DNA of 61,415 bases, filler included, from Basidioascus undulatus (GCA_000826855.1; 11 parts of 11 records of this genome joined end to end with filler, not necessarily neighbours in it); one strand, 5' to 3'. Counted from the first letter of the whole stretch, positions 36,918 through 50,057 are shown. The notes: generated by a model from the sequence alone, not told the origin. A program made the numbers and translations.

Positions 36918-39308
36918 ATGCGTGTTGCCCTCTGCTCGCCGTCTGCAGCTGCCCGAGCGTGGGCGGCCGCGGGGCGCGTCCGGTGCTCTTCCTCCCTCTC
37001 AGCGCTCACGTGGGCGGCTTCCACATCATCGTCCGCCGCGGAAAGCTCTCCGGATGTCGAGGATGTCCCGCCCATGAACAGCGGCCCCGGAGCGCCTACG
37101 CGGTTCTGGCCACTGGAGCAGCCTGGGACCCTGCCCGCTGCCGCCGCACGCCGCTCACCTCGTCTCGATTCGTCTTCGTCCCCCTCCGTCGATACATCAC
37201 CCCTCTCCTGGCCACCCCCGAGAGCACTTGAGTCTCTCCGCATCGACGACTTCCTCTTCCTTCTTCGCCGCGCCGTGCTCGCCTTCCCAGCCGGCAGTAT
37301 CACCGACTCGTTCGAGTCGCTCAAAAACATCGCGCCGCCCTATGTGGTCGCGATACTCCGCTACAAGCTGGAGCAGTATCGGATTGGAGGCAACACACGC
37401 GCCGACTTCATGCGCGACCTGCACGTCGTCCTCGCCGATTCCGTCAGCGAGGCGGTCGCGTGCTGCGGCCGCGGCGTCCGCTTGCCGCCTTACGTGCTGC
37501 GCGAGCTGATGAGCGTACGCAAGAATCATGCACCTGCAGACGCGGTCGAGGCGCATTGGATGCTCGCGGAGCGCGAGTCGGTGCTGAACCCAGAGCTTCG
37601 GAAAGAGCTCGCCCTCGCCAATCTCCGAGCGCTCGCGTATTTCGCGGTCGCCACGCCCTCGTACCAGGCGGCCTGCATCACTTTCATTCTCTCTTCCGAG
37701 CCGACACTATCCGAGCTCGCCCTCGCGCTTCAGTACCTCGTCTACTTCCCGCCCTCCGCTCAGCGCGACGAGCAGGCCAGACGGGTTCTCTCCTCTCTTC
37801 CGCTCGTCCTCGCCACGTCCGGCTCGACCGCACCCGAATCGTTCTGGGATGCGGCCTTTACGCCTGGCGCGTTCCTCGAATCCGACCCGACATTCGCTTT
37901 CGCTGCTCTCGAGGCGCTCTCCCGCGCGGGCGGCGCCCCTGCGGAGCGGCACCTTTACGCTGCGATGCGTGGCGCCGCCGCACGGGGGGACGCCGAGCAG
38001 GCGGAGCTGTACCTGCAAGCCCTGCAGGGTGACGGCGAAGGGAGCGGCCTAGAGTGGTCGAAGTTCAATACGACTTATCTCTCCGCGCTCAAAGCCGACC
38101 CGCTCTCGGCCTACGCGTACTTCGACCGCGCACCACACCCAGACGAGCACGACCACGTCGCGTTCCTCTCCGTCATCGCACGCTCCCCAACCGTCTCGGC
38201 CTCGACTATCCAGACGCTCCTCTCGCAGCTCCCCGAGCCGTCCACGCCTGCCCTCGCACGCTCCACCCTCATCGGCTACACCTCCGCGATCTGGTCCCTC
38301 GCGCGGCGGGGCGAGCCCGAAGCGGCGCTGGCGCTGTGGGACCGCCTCCCGAGCGAGGTAGAGCTCGACTCCCTCGCGATCGCCCCCGTCGTGCGCGCGC
38401 TCGCCGCACTCCACAGGTGGGACGAGGCGATTGAGCTCCTCGACCGACACCCGCACGCTGACGCCACGGCGCCCAACTCGCTCCTCCGCGCCCTCGCCCG
38501 CGCGGGCGAACGCCACGGCGCGTGGTGGGTCTGGAGCGTCATGGAGACACGGTGGGGGATCAAGCGGGACTATCGGACGCTCGCGATCCTGCTGGATGCT
38601 GGCTGGCCGCTTTGGGAGGGTCTGAAGGAGGGCGCTAGGGAAGGCGAGGGCGTCGGCGACGGTGGGAAGCAGACGCCGAGCCGGTACTTCCGGAGCGAGG
38701 GCCACTCGTTCACCAGCCGGCTCGGGCAGGTCGGGCTCGGCTTCTTCCGGGACTGGCGAGGAGAGAACAGCGGGCTGGGCGACCCGGACCTCCTCTGGCG
38801 ACACGCGCTGCACGCGTTCGAGCACATCACGCTAGCAAACCACCCCGAGCTCGAGCTCATCCTGCCCCCGATCCACATCCGCTCCCCCGACGCGGCGACG
38901 CTCCACTCCCTCACCCGCCCATTCAAGTCCGTCTTCGGCCCGCGCCCTCCCCCGCCGTCTCTGACCTCCTTCTCGCCCACCAACCCCAACCCGCCCTCCC
39001 CGCACACACACATCCTCCCGCACCCCATGGCCTTCTCCGCATACATCACACTCCTCCACGCGCGCAGGGCGGAGGACCCCGAGCGCTGCCTGTCGGACGC
39101 GCTCCGCGCCCTCGCGTGGATGCGCGACATGCGCTTGCCCCCCGACCGAAGGGACCTCGCGCGATGCCTCGTGGCTGCGGGTGAGGCCGTCGCACCGGAC
39201 TTTTGGGGCGCCGTAAGGAGAGGAGTGACGTTTGGGGGTGGTGGGGGGGGCGGCGAGGAGGGGAAGAGGGAAAGAAAGGAGCCGGAGATGGAGGTACTGG
39301 AGATGTGA
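36918..39308 (+). CDS. Pentatricopeptide-repeat (PPR)-like protein, probably mitochondrial
   Basis: 796-aa ORF with ~35-aa helical repeats: YTSAIWSLARRGEPEAALALWDRL, APVVRALAALHRWDEAIELL, NSLLRALARAGERHGAWWVWSVMETRWGIKRDYRTLAILLDA. Confidence 0.75.
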   Translation: MRVALCSPSAAARAWAAAGRVRCSSSLSALTWAASTSSSAAESSPDVEDVPPMNSGPGAPTRFWPLEQPGTLPAAAARRSPRLDSSSSPSVDTSPLSWPPPRALESLRIDDFLFLLRRAVLAFPAGSITDSFESLKNIAPPYVVAILRYKLEQYRIGGNTRADFMRDLHVVLADSVSEAVACCGRGVRLPPYVLRELMSVRKNHAPADAVEAHWMLAERESVLNPELRKELALANLRALAYFAVATPSYQAACITFILSSEPTLSELALALQYLVYFPPSAQRDEQARRVLSSLPLVLATSGSTAPESFWDAAFTPGAFLESDPTFAFAALEALSRAGGAPAERHLYAAMRGAAARGDAEQAELYLQALQGDGEGSGLEWSKFNTTYLSALKADPLSAYAYFDRAPHPDEHDHVAFLSVIARSPTVSASTIQTLLSQLPEPSTPALARSTLIGYTSAIWSLARRGEPEAALALWDRLPSEVELDSLAIAPVVRALAALHRWDEAIELLDRHPHADATAPNSLLRALARAGERHGAWWVWSVMETRWGIKRDYRTLAILLDAGWPLWEGLKEGAREGEGVGDGGKQTPSRYFRSEGHSFTSRLGQVGLGFFRDWRGENSGLGDPDLLWRHALHAFEHITLANHPELELILPPIHIRSPDAATLHSLTRPFKSVFGPRPPPPSLTSFSPTNPNPPSPHTHILPHPMAFSAYITLLHARRAEDPERCLSDALRALAWMRDMRLPPDRRDLARCLVAAGEAVAPDFWGAVRRGVTFGGGGGGGEEGKRERKEPEMEVLEM

Positions 39309-39316
39309 TTAGTTGC

Positions 39317-39416
39317 NNNNNNNNNNNNNNNNNNNNNNNNNNNNNNNNNNNNNNNNNNNNTTAATTAATTAANNNNNNNNNNNNNNNNNNNNNNNNNNNN
39401 NNNNNNNNNNNNNNNN
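39317..39416. other. Artificial contig linker
   Basis: N44-TTAATTAATTAA-N44. Confidence 0.98.
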
Positions 39417-39548
39417 GGGCGCGTAGGAGGGCGAGAGCGAGTGGGACGAGTGCGCGGCGACGGGGGTGTACGGCGTCGCTGGGGGTGCTTGGCGGCCGGG
39501 GGAGGTCGCCTGCTGGGAGGGGTAGGGGTGGTTGTTGTAGTAGGCCAT
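39417..39548 (-). CDS. N-terminal fragment of an unidentified protein
   Basis: GCCATGG start context, then MAYYNNHPYPSQQATSPGRQAPPATPYTP; cut off by the contig end. Confidence 0.45.
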
Positions 39549-40588
39549 GGCGGGGACCTCCTTGCTGAGCTTCTTTTTCCAGAGGGGTCGAGGCTGGTGG
39601 GCAGCGAAGGACCGAGCTCGTGCGACCTCAGATTAAGGGGGAGATCCGGGAGGACAGAGTCTGAGCAACGACCAGCGCTGGTGAGATTATGGGGCTGTGG
39701 TGGTAGCGAGCGTGAGTGCGGCGCCAGTTAGGGAGGGTATAAGCGCGCAGTAGGGGGGAATAACAGCGGCAGCAGCGGCGGTATGGAAATGAGGGAAAAG
39801 GGGAAGCCAGAGCAGAAGCATGTTGGGCGACCTCCTAAGGGGGCGAGCGTGGCGGCATCCGCGTGCCGCTTGGCCTGCCCGTGATCTGCCCGTGCCCGTG
39901 CCTCGACAGGCACAAGTTCGTATTGGTTCGTATTATCGGTTCCTTCGGCACTATTAATCCTTGCGTCCATACCAGGGGTCAAAATACGCAGACCAAAGTA
40001 CGGAGAGCTCAGCCAGCAACCAGTACTTTCCCTTCAAGTTGGCACTTCACAAGGCTGCAAGGTGTTAGGAAAGATTGAAACTCAACCACCTGAAACACCT
40101 TTGCTGGTGTCAGAACAGCAAGACCAACTGTCACGCGTTTCTTGTGCCGCTGTCACATGTTTCCGACAGGGAACACTGTAAGTAGGTTATGCCGTCAAGT
40201 TGTACGCCTAACAAGCCAGGACTTCTGGTACAATTCTGTCCATCATATTATTGTCTGAACATGCGCGAGTGAAGATATCATGTTGAGGGAGCAGACAATG
40301 CATCGCAGCAAGTGCCTGGGAACTTACGTGCATTGCCGGTCGGACATACTGTGTATCAATGAGTTGCACATCGCCGAAATGTGTAATCTGCGAACCATGA
40401 CAGGGGCGACGCGCTGCCGCCGCGTCGAGGGAACTCACCCTCAAGCCACTCCATCCTCTTTGAATTTCACCGTATAGACATTCTGCTTGGTTCCTATCCT
40501 CCATCCTTCCTAGACAACCTTCCTCCTTCTTGGCTTTCCATCCGACTAGCACGCGGCGCCGCCGCTCGCCTACAATTAAGCAGTAGCG

Positions 40589-43003
40589 ATGGCAGCGCCC
40601 ACGCCCTCGGCGCTGTCCAACTATGTCCGTGTTCACCCACGCTCTTCCTTCCATACACCACCCTCTGACTGGGGAAAAGTAATGCAGCAACTGGGGGACT
40701 GTCTGGGGAAGGGCGCGTTCGGACAGGTGTACCGTGCGTCCTCGCCCTCTGAGCTCCGCCTTCCTCCGAGTTGCAGCTGAGCGGAAGGGCAGAGGAACAG
40801 GCGCCCTGAACTGGACGACGGGCGAGACGGTCGCGATCAAGCAGATCCAACTCAGCAACTTTCCGAAGGCCGAGCTGGGCGAGATCATGGTGTGTCTGTG
40901 TCCCGGCTCTTTACGTTCCAGGGCTGATGGGAGGTTGCTGATTTTGGGAGGACATGTAGAGCGAGATCAACCTGCTCAAGAACCTGCATGTGCGCCTTCT
41001 TGGGTCCATGATACAATGGATGTGAGAGCTGAGGGAGGAAGGGAAAACACAGCACCCCCGCATCGTCCGCTATGGGGGGTACGTCAAAACGCGCGAGTGT
41101 CTGTACATCATCCTCGAGTGCGCCCTTCCTTCCCTTCCAGCCCACACCCTCCCATCCCTTCCAGACTTTTTAACACGAATGCGGGGGTTGGAAGGTACTG
41201 TGAGAACGGCTCCCTCGCGTCCATCTGCAAGCGGTACGGCAAGTTCCCCGAGAACCTCGTCGCGGTCTACATCTCCCAGGTCCTCGAGGGGCTGCAGTAC
41301 CTCGTGCGCCCTCCCCTTGCCCCTTCCTCCCAAGGGCGCGCCGCTGAGGTGGGTGGGGAGACAGCATGACCAGGGCGTATGTCATCGGGACATCAAGGCG
41401 GCGAACATTGTGCGTTTCGGGCGGGGACGAGGCGAGGGAAAACGGGAGGTGCTGAAATTGGGGAGGTGCAGCTCGCGACCAAGGACGGGCATGTTAAGGT
41501 GCGCTATTTCCTTCCTCCCACGCCGCACAGACAGAACTGAAAGAATGCCCTGAACGCAGCTCGCAGACTTCGGCGTCGCGACGCAAGCCGCCCTGGCAGA
41601 CAACACGGTCGTCGGCTCGCCCTACTGGAGTGCATTGCGCTTCTTGTCTCTATATATGTGGGAATGGAAATTCTAACGGATACTTGAGGAGAATAGTGGC
41701 CCCCGAGGTGATTGACCAGTCCGGTGCGTCAACGGCGTCCGACATCTGGTCCGTCGGCTGCGTCGTCATCGAGCTCTTGGAGGGAAAGCCGCCGTACTCG
41801 AACTTGCCTCAGATGAGCGGTAAGCTCCAATCCGGCTTTTGTTGGGTTTGGTGCGGATGCTCATGCGGGAGAACGGGCAGCGCTATGGGCGATCGTGCAG
41901 AATGACCGGATGCCGATACCGGAGGGAGCGTCGCCGGTGCGTTGCCGCAGCGCTGGCTGGTGGGCATCGGCAACACGGCGGCTGATGGCGGAGGAGCCCC
42001 AAAGATCGTCAAGGACTTCCTCGACCACTGCTTCCAGAAGGACCCGAACCTGCGTGTCTCGGCGCGAAAGCTCCTGCGGCACCCGTGGATGCGGCAACAG
42101 CAGTCCAGGGGCCCAGAGGACCAGGCGGGGGAGAACAAGCCGCCCTTGAGCGGCGGGGGCGGGGAGGCGTACGACCGGGCGGTGCGGAAGGTGCAGGAGT
42201 GGAACGAGGCTCTGAAATGTGCGTCACTCTCCCCCTCCCTTTACCCTCACCCGGTGAAAGCTGAGATCCTCCCTTTTCTTGCAGCTCCACCGAAGACCGG
42301 TCGCGTCGCCCGCCTACCCAAAGTCAACGTCACCCCGTTGCCGTCCCTCCCCTCGTCCCCCATCCGGAGGCCCCTCCGCGGGAAGCGCTCCGCCCAGAAC
42401 CTCGACAGCGCGCCGCACCTCGCCGCGAACGGCCGCCCGCTGTCCGTCCTCGAGAACAAACGCGAGAGCGTCCTCCTCGCCACGCAGGAGGAGGAGGAGG
42501 ACAACTGGGACGACGACTTTGCGGGGACGATCACTTTCGCGAAATTCGAGGGTGCGTTGCCCATGGCATCTTGCATCGGCTCCCGGGAGGAAAGGCTGAA
42601 TGGGGAGGTTGGGGGGACAGCAATGGACCATGGGACTGCGGACTTGGGCAAGCCAAGCAGCTCGGATGACAATACGCAGACCATCCGCCCTGCGCGGAGT
42701 CCGTCCGGCACGCCTGTCCGCCCGCCCGCCAGCCCGAAGATGGAGCCTGTCCTCGAGGACTACTCGGACCTCGCACCGGACGAGGACGACACGGCGTTCA
42801 GCGAGAAGATCACGAGTCTCAAGGTGCGCTACCTTCTGCGAGCGTGCCATTTCACGAGCGTAACGGCTGGTAGCGCTGATGGGGGTGTCGAGTGCAGAAC
42901 GCCAAAGGTCTCTTCCACCCCTCCGACCTCAAGAACCTCTCCCTCTCCTCTACGACCTCCCAAGCCTCAGCCCCGCCCGTCCCTCCCCCTCTTCCTCCTA
43001 GCC
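40589..43003 (+). CDS. CDC15: Septation/mitotic-exit Ser/Thr kinase (SepH/Cdc7/Cdc15), 3'-truncated
   Basis: [80 protein letters not shown] and [19 protein letters not shown]. Confidence 0.93.
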
Positions 43004-43103
43004 NNNNNNNNNNNNNNNNNNNNNNNNNNNNNNNNNNNNNNNNNNNNTTAATTAATTAANNNNNNNNNNNNNNNNNNNNNNNNNNNNNNNNNNNNNNNNN
43101 NNN
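43004..43103. other. Artificial contig linker
   Basis: N44-TTAATTAATTAA-N44. Confidence 0.98.
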
Positions 43104-43651
43104 CCTTCCCCTCCCCCTCCCCCTCCGAATCGCGAGATAGGGATGGCGCCAGCGACGCACATAGTGGTTATCGCAGTGCGGGCAGTACTCGTCGCTCTCC
43201 TCGTAGCGGGTCATGTCCTTTCGGAACGCCTTCTTGCACTTCTTGCAGAGGAAGACCATCTCGGTCGTCTTCGCCAAGGGATGCTGTTGGGCCTCGGCGT
43301 GACATTCGGGGCACTGCGGGAGCGAACGTCGAGAAGAGAAGTACGTTGGGTAATGGGTAGGGAGGGAATAGGTGCATGTGGGTCGGGAAGGTTGAGGGAG
43401 GGGGCCGGAGGGAAGGAAGGTCGGAGAAGAGGTTAGCGTGCAGAGTGAGAGGGAGAAGGTGGGATAGCGGGCAGACGCACATCAAACCACTTTTTGCAGC
43501 ATGGCGCGCGGATGGCGACTTGGGCGTTGAGGACGTGCTTGCTGTTGGAGCGAAGGCGTTCCGTCGAAAAGCGATCGAGCGAGAGCGAAGGAACGAGATC
43601 AGTATCCTGTTCCGAGCACGAGCGAGGTTGTGCGAAGGGCGCTGACCACAT
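43104..43651 (-). CDS. CHY-type zinc finger protein, 3'-truncated
   Basis: MC|KHVLNAQVAIRAPCCKKWFD|CPECH..MVFLCKKCKKAFRKD..DEYCPHCDNHY. Confidence 0.9.
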
Positions 43652-43885
43652 GGGCTCGGATGCGAGATGGACCAGTAAGGATGACGGGTGTTAGTGGGCG
43701 AGGATGGTGAGGATTGTGAGCTGAGGAGATGGACGGTGAGAGGAAGGAGGAAGACGCCTGGTCACCCCGGTGAGCGGTCGCATCGCATCCGAAGGCCCGT
43801 TCCTGGCGCTTTCCCGCGCTCGACGCGTCGGGCTGCTCATTGCCTTGTTTCTTGTCTTGTTTCCACTCTATCGCTTACGCTCAAC

Positions 43886-46689
43886 ATGTCCAGTCCACCC
43901 TCGTCCTCGACCGCGCCCGCCCTGTCCTTCTCCACCCTCCTCCGCAAACTCGAGCGAGGTCCGTCGTCCACCCCCTCTCTCCCCCACCGAGCCTGACAGA
44001 CGCGTCCGAGTAGTCGCTGCCCTCCCCAAGCGCGACCGCTCCGCCCTGGGCGACGCGCTTGAGGGGATCCGGAACCGTGCTGAGGCGCAGGGGTGCGCGC
44101 CAACGGACATCCAGTCTTCCATCACGCTCATCACATCCGGGAAGCTCGGTGTGTCCCCTCCTCCCCCTCCCGCTCCCCTCCGCGCTCACCCCTCTTCGCA
44201 CAGACACGTCCACCTCCATAGCCCTCCTCCGCCTCCTCTACCCCTCAACGACCATCCCGCCCCGCGCGGTCATCTTGCTCCTAGGCGCGCTCGGTTCGAG
44301 CGCGGACAAGCGCGTCGAGCTGCGCGCGCAGGTTGGGCTGCTCAAGTGGTTGGTGGCTGTGGTGGACTGGCTCGATGATGCTGCGAGGAGGGATTTGGGG
44401 AGGCTTTATGGCGTGCTTTGGGGGCTTATTGGGGTCGAGGGCCTCAGGTGCGTGTGGTCTTTCCTCTACTTGTAAATCGCCTTCCTGCCGCCGACTTGAG
44501 CTCTCCCTCCCCGCAGGCCTCATCTACCCCACCTCCTCACGCTCATCACCCGCCGCGAGCACGTCAAGCCCTTCCGGATCACGCAGCTGTCTGTTCCCTC
44601 CCTTCTCCCCTCTCCTTCCACCTTCTCCCCTTTTGCCCCTGTTTCCCGTTTCCCCCATCTCCTATATTTCACCCCTCTCGTACTCACCCGCCCCCCCATG
44701 CCCAGCCTCTCCCTCCAAGCCTACACCCCCCTCGACGCCTCCCTCCCGCCCCTCCTCTCCACATTCCGCGCATTCTTCCCCGACCGCGTGCCTCCGGGCG
44801 TGGGGATCGCTGCTGGACGGAGGGGGTACAAGGTGGGCTTTCACCGCCTTTTATCACTTCTTCCACAACCCCACCTCTTCTGCTGCTTCTGCCTCTCCCT
44901 CTTTCTCTCTCTTTCTCTCGCCTGAGTGAGGGGCTGATGCGAACAGCGGAGGAATAGGCAGACCTCAAATGGCGCACGATGGCACTGGCGATCCGCGAAG
45001 GCCGCGGAGCTGAGCTGCGGGCGGAGCAGGACGCTGCAGCTGCTGCTGCTGCTGCTGCCGGCGCCGCGGGGGGTGCAGCGGGGGCGGACGGGGATGGGCG
45101 GCCGGTACGTCCTTCCCTTGCTTCTTCCTTCTTCCTCTTCGGAGAGTACACTAACTTCACACTTCCCGTACAGCTCAAGCGCGTCAGACGCTCCCTCCCC
45201 GTCCCCTCAACCATCGCGCTCTCCTCCTCCCTCGTCCGTCCCTCCCCTCGGCTGTCTCCTCCTTCCCCCCGCTGCCCTTCTCCGCGGAACGGAGGAACTG
45301 ACTCAGAGGTGAAAACAAAGGACACACTTACACTTCCGGATGTTCCGACGCTTCCGGCACTCGCAAAGAACCTCGACCGCCTCACGCTCCCCGCGCAGCT
45401 TGCCAGCGCGCTCGGGAACCGGCACGTCGCGTGGGCGCTGGTGGTTGATTCATCTCGTGCGCCGCTCTTCCTGTCCCCTGGTTTCCTCCTCTTCCCCTTC
45501 TCTCCATCGCGACCTCTGCCCCTCCTTCCTCCCCGCCTTCCCTTCCTCCCCGCCTTCCCTTCGTCCTTCCGTCCTCCTCCGCTCCTCTCCTCTGTACTCG
45601 GGAGAAAAAGAAAAAGAAGAAGAAGGTGTTGATTGAAGATGGGGCCGGGGGAAAACAGCGGACAACATAGCCCGCTTCGAAGGCTGGGTTCTCAGCGCTT
45701 TGCGGGAAGAGCTGTATGCCGAAGAGCGGGATGTGCAGGGCGTGGAGCGTGCTGGGGAACTGTTGCGGAGGGTGTTGGAGTTCGTGAGGATTACTAAGGT
45801 CCGTCAGCCGTTCCCTCCCTCCCCCCCTTTACCCTCGCACTTTCCTTCCCTCCCCACTTTCCTGGACAGCCTCATGGAAAGCGGGATGTTGACGAGGAGG
45901 GAAGCCAGGAACTCACGCCCCAGCTCGAGCTCTTTTTGGCGGACTACTTGACGACTTGGGACGGGACGACGCACGCGGAGGTGTTTGAGATGGTGGAGTA
46001 CTGGAAGCCGGCTTCTTATGAGGGTGCGTCCTGTCCCTTCTCCCTCTCCCTTCTCCTTCCTCCTTCCTCTTTCCTCCTTCCTCTTTCCTCCTTCCTCTTG
46101 CCGAACTCTGACATGCCGGCGGCGGCGAACCAGTCCTCTACGGCCACCTCCTCCACCCCCTAACGCGGCTGCACGCCTCCGCCCCGGAACGCACGCAGCT
46201 GCGCGTGCTCCGCTGCCTCGCGGGGCTGCTGCGTCGCTGGGGGGAGGGGGTGGACTGGGAACGGGCTATTGGGGTCGGGAAGGGCAAAGGCAAGGGTCGG
46301 GCCGTGTGGGATGCGTTTGCGTTTGGGCCACTCCCCGAGAAGGTCGACTGGCGCCGCACGACGTCGGCGCTGCTCAAGCACTCCGCTCAGCTGGGGCTTC
46401 TCACTCTCCTGGTGCGCCGTTCCTCCCTCCTCCCGCCGGCCCTCCTCACACCCCATCCACAGGCCCCCCCCACTTCCCCCTCCACACACAACGCGCTCCT
46501 CCACCTGCACTCTTCCGCCCTCCCCCTCTCTCTCCACCCCGCCCTCGCACAGATCCACATCCCCCCCTCCCCGAGCATCCACGCGCTCCTCCTTCGCGCC
46601 GACGTCGCGGGCGTGTCCAGGCTATGCGCGATGATGGTCCGCGTGCGGAACGCGTTTTTGGAGCATGATCGGAGGGTGCAGGCGGGGGA
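43886..46689 (+). CDS. MIS6: Inner kinetochore protein Mis6/CENP-I/Ctf3, 3'-truncated
   Basis: LLRLLYP..VILLLGALG..QVGLLKWLVAV..LGRLYGVLW..LR|PHLPHLLTLITRREHVKPFRITQL, NLDRLTLPAQLASAL and YLTTWDG. Confidence 0.85.
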
Positions 46690-46789
46690 NNNNNNNNNNN
46701 NNNNNNNNNNNNNNNNNNNNNNNNNNNNNNNNNTTAATTAATTAANNNNNNNNNNNNNNNNNNNNNNNNNNNNNNNNNNNNNNNNNNNN
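46690..46789. other. Artificial contig linker
   Basis: N44-TTAATTAATTAA-N44. Confidence 0.98.
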
Positions 46790-48474
46790 CGCCCCCGCCG
46801 CCCGCCCAGTCATCGTACCCGCACCGCTTCCCGCTCTCCCAGTCCCAGTCCCAGTCTACGCCATCTCCAACGCGCTATCCCGCTCCGGGTCCCGCCACCA
46901 TCCCGGGCCCAGCTCCGGTGCGCGCCGTGTGGACGCGCTGGCGGTCGGGGGACGAGCCGCACGCTCCGCCGCATGCGGAAGGGCGGCGCCGGTCGGGGGA
47001 CGAGCACGCGCGTGTGCCAGCGCATTCCGAGGGGAAGAAGGCCGAGTACGTGCGATCCTCGCCTCCAGGGAAGAAACTCGAGCCGGTGAAGGCGCAGGGG
47101 CAGGTGCAGGGGGTCAAGACCGAGCCGCGCACTTCGCCTCCTCCGCCTCCGCCTCCGCCTCCATCCCCACCTAAGCGGCGCGAGCATGAGCGCGTCAGGA
47201 TTAAGTACGAACCGCCGCTACCCCGGGGGTTGTCGCTGTCGCCTCCACCTCTACTTCCGGTCCCTCCGGCGTCGGCGAAGAAGCGGAAGAGGGCGGTAAA
47301 CGAGGACAAGGCGGGTCCGAAGGAGAAGCACAAGCGGAGGGGCAGCGGAGAATGTACGTCTTCCTCTTCTTTCCGTTTCGTCATCTGCTGACTCGCTCAG
47401 CTGACGGCGACGATCTAGCTCCCGGAAAGAGGCAGTCTGCGCGCCAGCTCCTCCCCGACCAAATGACCAAGGCGCTCACGGCCGCTCTCGGATACGCGTC
47501 GGCAAAGTCCTCCAAGTCTGTTCATCTCCTCCCTATCGACCGATCGTCCTCCTCACCGCCTATCCTACAGACTTCCCTCGAACGGCAGCAGCAGCAGCGG
47601 GGGCAGCTGCGTCCGCTTTGCACCTGCATCCGAACGGGACCTCGCATCGTCTTATCCCTCACAGCGTCAGACGACCGCTCTCGCTTTCGTACCCTCATCC
47701 TCGCTCGCACTCGCACTAGATCCCTCGAATACGTCCACCTCATCATCCACGTCAACCCGGCGTCAACCTTCCTCACCGGCGGACACAAAGCCTTCGCTCC
47801 GCACCGTGAAATCAGAAATCGAGACTACTCGTCCTCACGCACCGCTGTCTCAGACTTCATTATCCACTGCTGCTGCCTCCGTTGCTCTGATCCTCTCGCC
47901 TGTTGCATCGCATAAGGCCAATGCTTCAGAAGCTCGGGTCGCTTGCGCTGGCCCCGCAAATTCGCTCACATCCGCATCCGCATCCGCATCCGCATCCGCA
48001 TCCGCACCCGCACCCGCATCCACTTCCTCATACATAGCATCCAGTCCTGCTGCGCCTGCTGCTGTATATAAGCTCGCTTCTTCCTCCTCTCATTCATCAA
48101 CCGCAGCTCCTCCCCTCGCGCATCGCCCGCCCGCGCCTTCGATCGATCAACATCACCCAAAACCCGCACCCTCGCACCCACAAGCACAACCATCCGTGAA
48201 GCCCGAGCCCCTCTCGCCCACGCTCCCTCCGATCTCAGCGCCTGCGCCTGCGCCTGCCCTCTCGTCCCTCCCTGCAGCTGCCTTGACCGCACCCGCGCCG
48301 GGGCCTGCTGCCCCATCCAAAGCCGGGGCGCTCCTCAATGCGCTCTCTGCAGCGCTCACCTGCGCCGAGGCAGCGCTGGACGCGTCCGAGCAGGCGCTGC
48401 AGGTCCAGCGGGAGGAGGTGCGCGCACTGAGGGAGCTGGAGGGCAAGTTGAGGGGGGCGATGGAGGGGGAGTGA
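46790..48474 (+). CDS. C-terminal part of a Pro/Ser/Ala-rich hypothetical protein with a terminal coiled coil
   Basis: Coding-like frames at 46918-47350 and 47806-48474 with intron-like breaks; ends ..QREEVRALRELEGKLRGAMEGE*. Includes a (TCCGCA)n tract at ~47971-48020. Confidence 0.55.
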
Positions 48475-49083
48475 ATGACGCTGGGTGTCTAGTGTGGGTG
48501 GGTTCTGAGGAGGGAGTGTCGGGGCATCGCTGGAGGAGGTGAGAGCGGGATGGGGCGCGGGGCGCGGTGGGTTTGAAGTTGGTGCGCGCGCGTTTGAGGG
48601 TCTTGATACATGCTTGACCTGACCTACGTGCACTTGGTCTATGGTTGAGCTGCCGCTCTTCTCCTGCGGCTAGATACCGGGCATGTTACTGTTGGATATC
48701 CCAGCGGCTGAGGGCGCACGGGCGCACCTTGCCTGCTTCGGAAGAGGACACCTCGAGGCCTGCCGAGGTTGGGAATGTTTTGAGGAAGGTTCTGAAAGGC
48801 TCTCTAATGCGGTTCGTCCAGGTCCTCCATATCATGGCAAACGTTTCGATTGCGAGGTCGAAGTAAACGACTGCGACTTGATGCCCTCGTCACCTTCTCC
48901 CGCCAGGTCATTTGGTATTTCGCACTGGGGCCACATTCCACGTACACGTCCTCGTTCTACATACCATTATGCCTTTTGGGCCTGATTGATTGAATATAGA
49001 ACCCGACGACGGCTCAAACCGACTGTCGGTTCGACACCGGGTGCTCGCAAATGCTGGAATGGTTTGTGGGAGAAGAGACAAGC

Positions 49084-49156
49084 GCCTCGCTAGCTCAATC
49101 GGTAGAGCGTGAGACTCTTAATCTCAAGGCTGCGGGTTCGACCCCCGCGTGGGGCT
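49084..49156 (+). tRNA. tRNA-Lys(CTT), intronless
   Basis: Acceptor GCCTCGC/GTGGGGC, D stem GCTC/GAGC, anticodon arm TGAGA-CT-CTT-AA-TCTCA and T arm GCGGG-TTCGACC-CCCGC. Confidence 0.97.
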
Positions 49157-49409
49157 TCTGTTTTGCCACCGTCTGCCAAGCGCACTCAACCACGAACGGT
49201 CTTCCGTGTTTCTCTTTTTTTTTAAAAAAAAAAAAAATCTCTTCATGCAAGGAAAATCCGGACCCAGATATATTCCAATGTTGTATTGCTATGCGAAGAC
49301 TATTCTAGCCGTCACAGCCAGACATCCCGCTTCCCCGGCTTGTCTCTCGACCGCCATTGATCCTTCACTACTCATCCTCCTCACCAACGGCTTCACGTGA
49401 TGTTTTTTA

Positions 49410-49730
49410 CAGCTCCAACTCCTATCGATCGAATTCACCCCGAAATCCTCACTCAGATCCTGACCTATCTCCTCTGCGCGCCCCCGCGCACCCTCCTCGC
49501 GGACCCCAACCCCCTGCCCACCCTCCTTCGGGTTTCCTGCCGACCCACCACTGCACTTCCACACCCATCCTCTACTCCTCCTCGACGAATTGCCCAACGC
49601 ACTTCCAGAGCCATGCTCGACCTCATCGCAAGCTTCGTTCTCAACAATTGCAACAGCATCCGACACGTACATATTAATTATCGAATAAGCTCGCCCTCAA
49701 CCAGTGCCTGGACCAGGTACAAGTACTAAC
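49410..49730 (+). pseudogene. F-box-like gene fragment
   Basis: TPIDRIHPEILTQILTYL..PTLLRVS resembles the start of an F-box; no clean continuation found. Confidence 0.4.
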
Positions 49731-50057
49731 CCAATCATGAGCGCGTCGCGCCTCCACGCGTCTCTTCATGTGTCTTCCAAGTTTCTCCGAACTGGCATGG
49801 CGCCGCGTGGCTTTTTCTGCTGTCGTCGTCCGCATCGCAACGCCGGCGCCCTTTGCAGGGGTCGGTTGTTCGCTCCTGGCAAGGGGGTTGGACTGGAACT
49901 TGCTCCATCTCCTCATCTTCATCTCAGCGTCAGCGCGCCCGGTCGCCCGCTCATCGAACCCACTCACGCTCGCTCGCTCACTTTGCATTCTCACTCTGCG
50001 CACTCACATTACATCACACTCGTTTCAATCTATCGAATTCGATATTCGTTCATCAGC

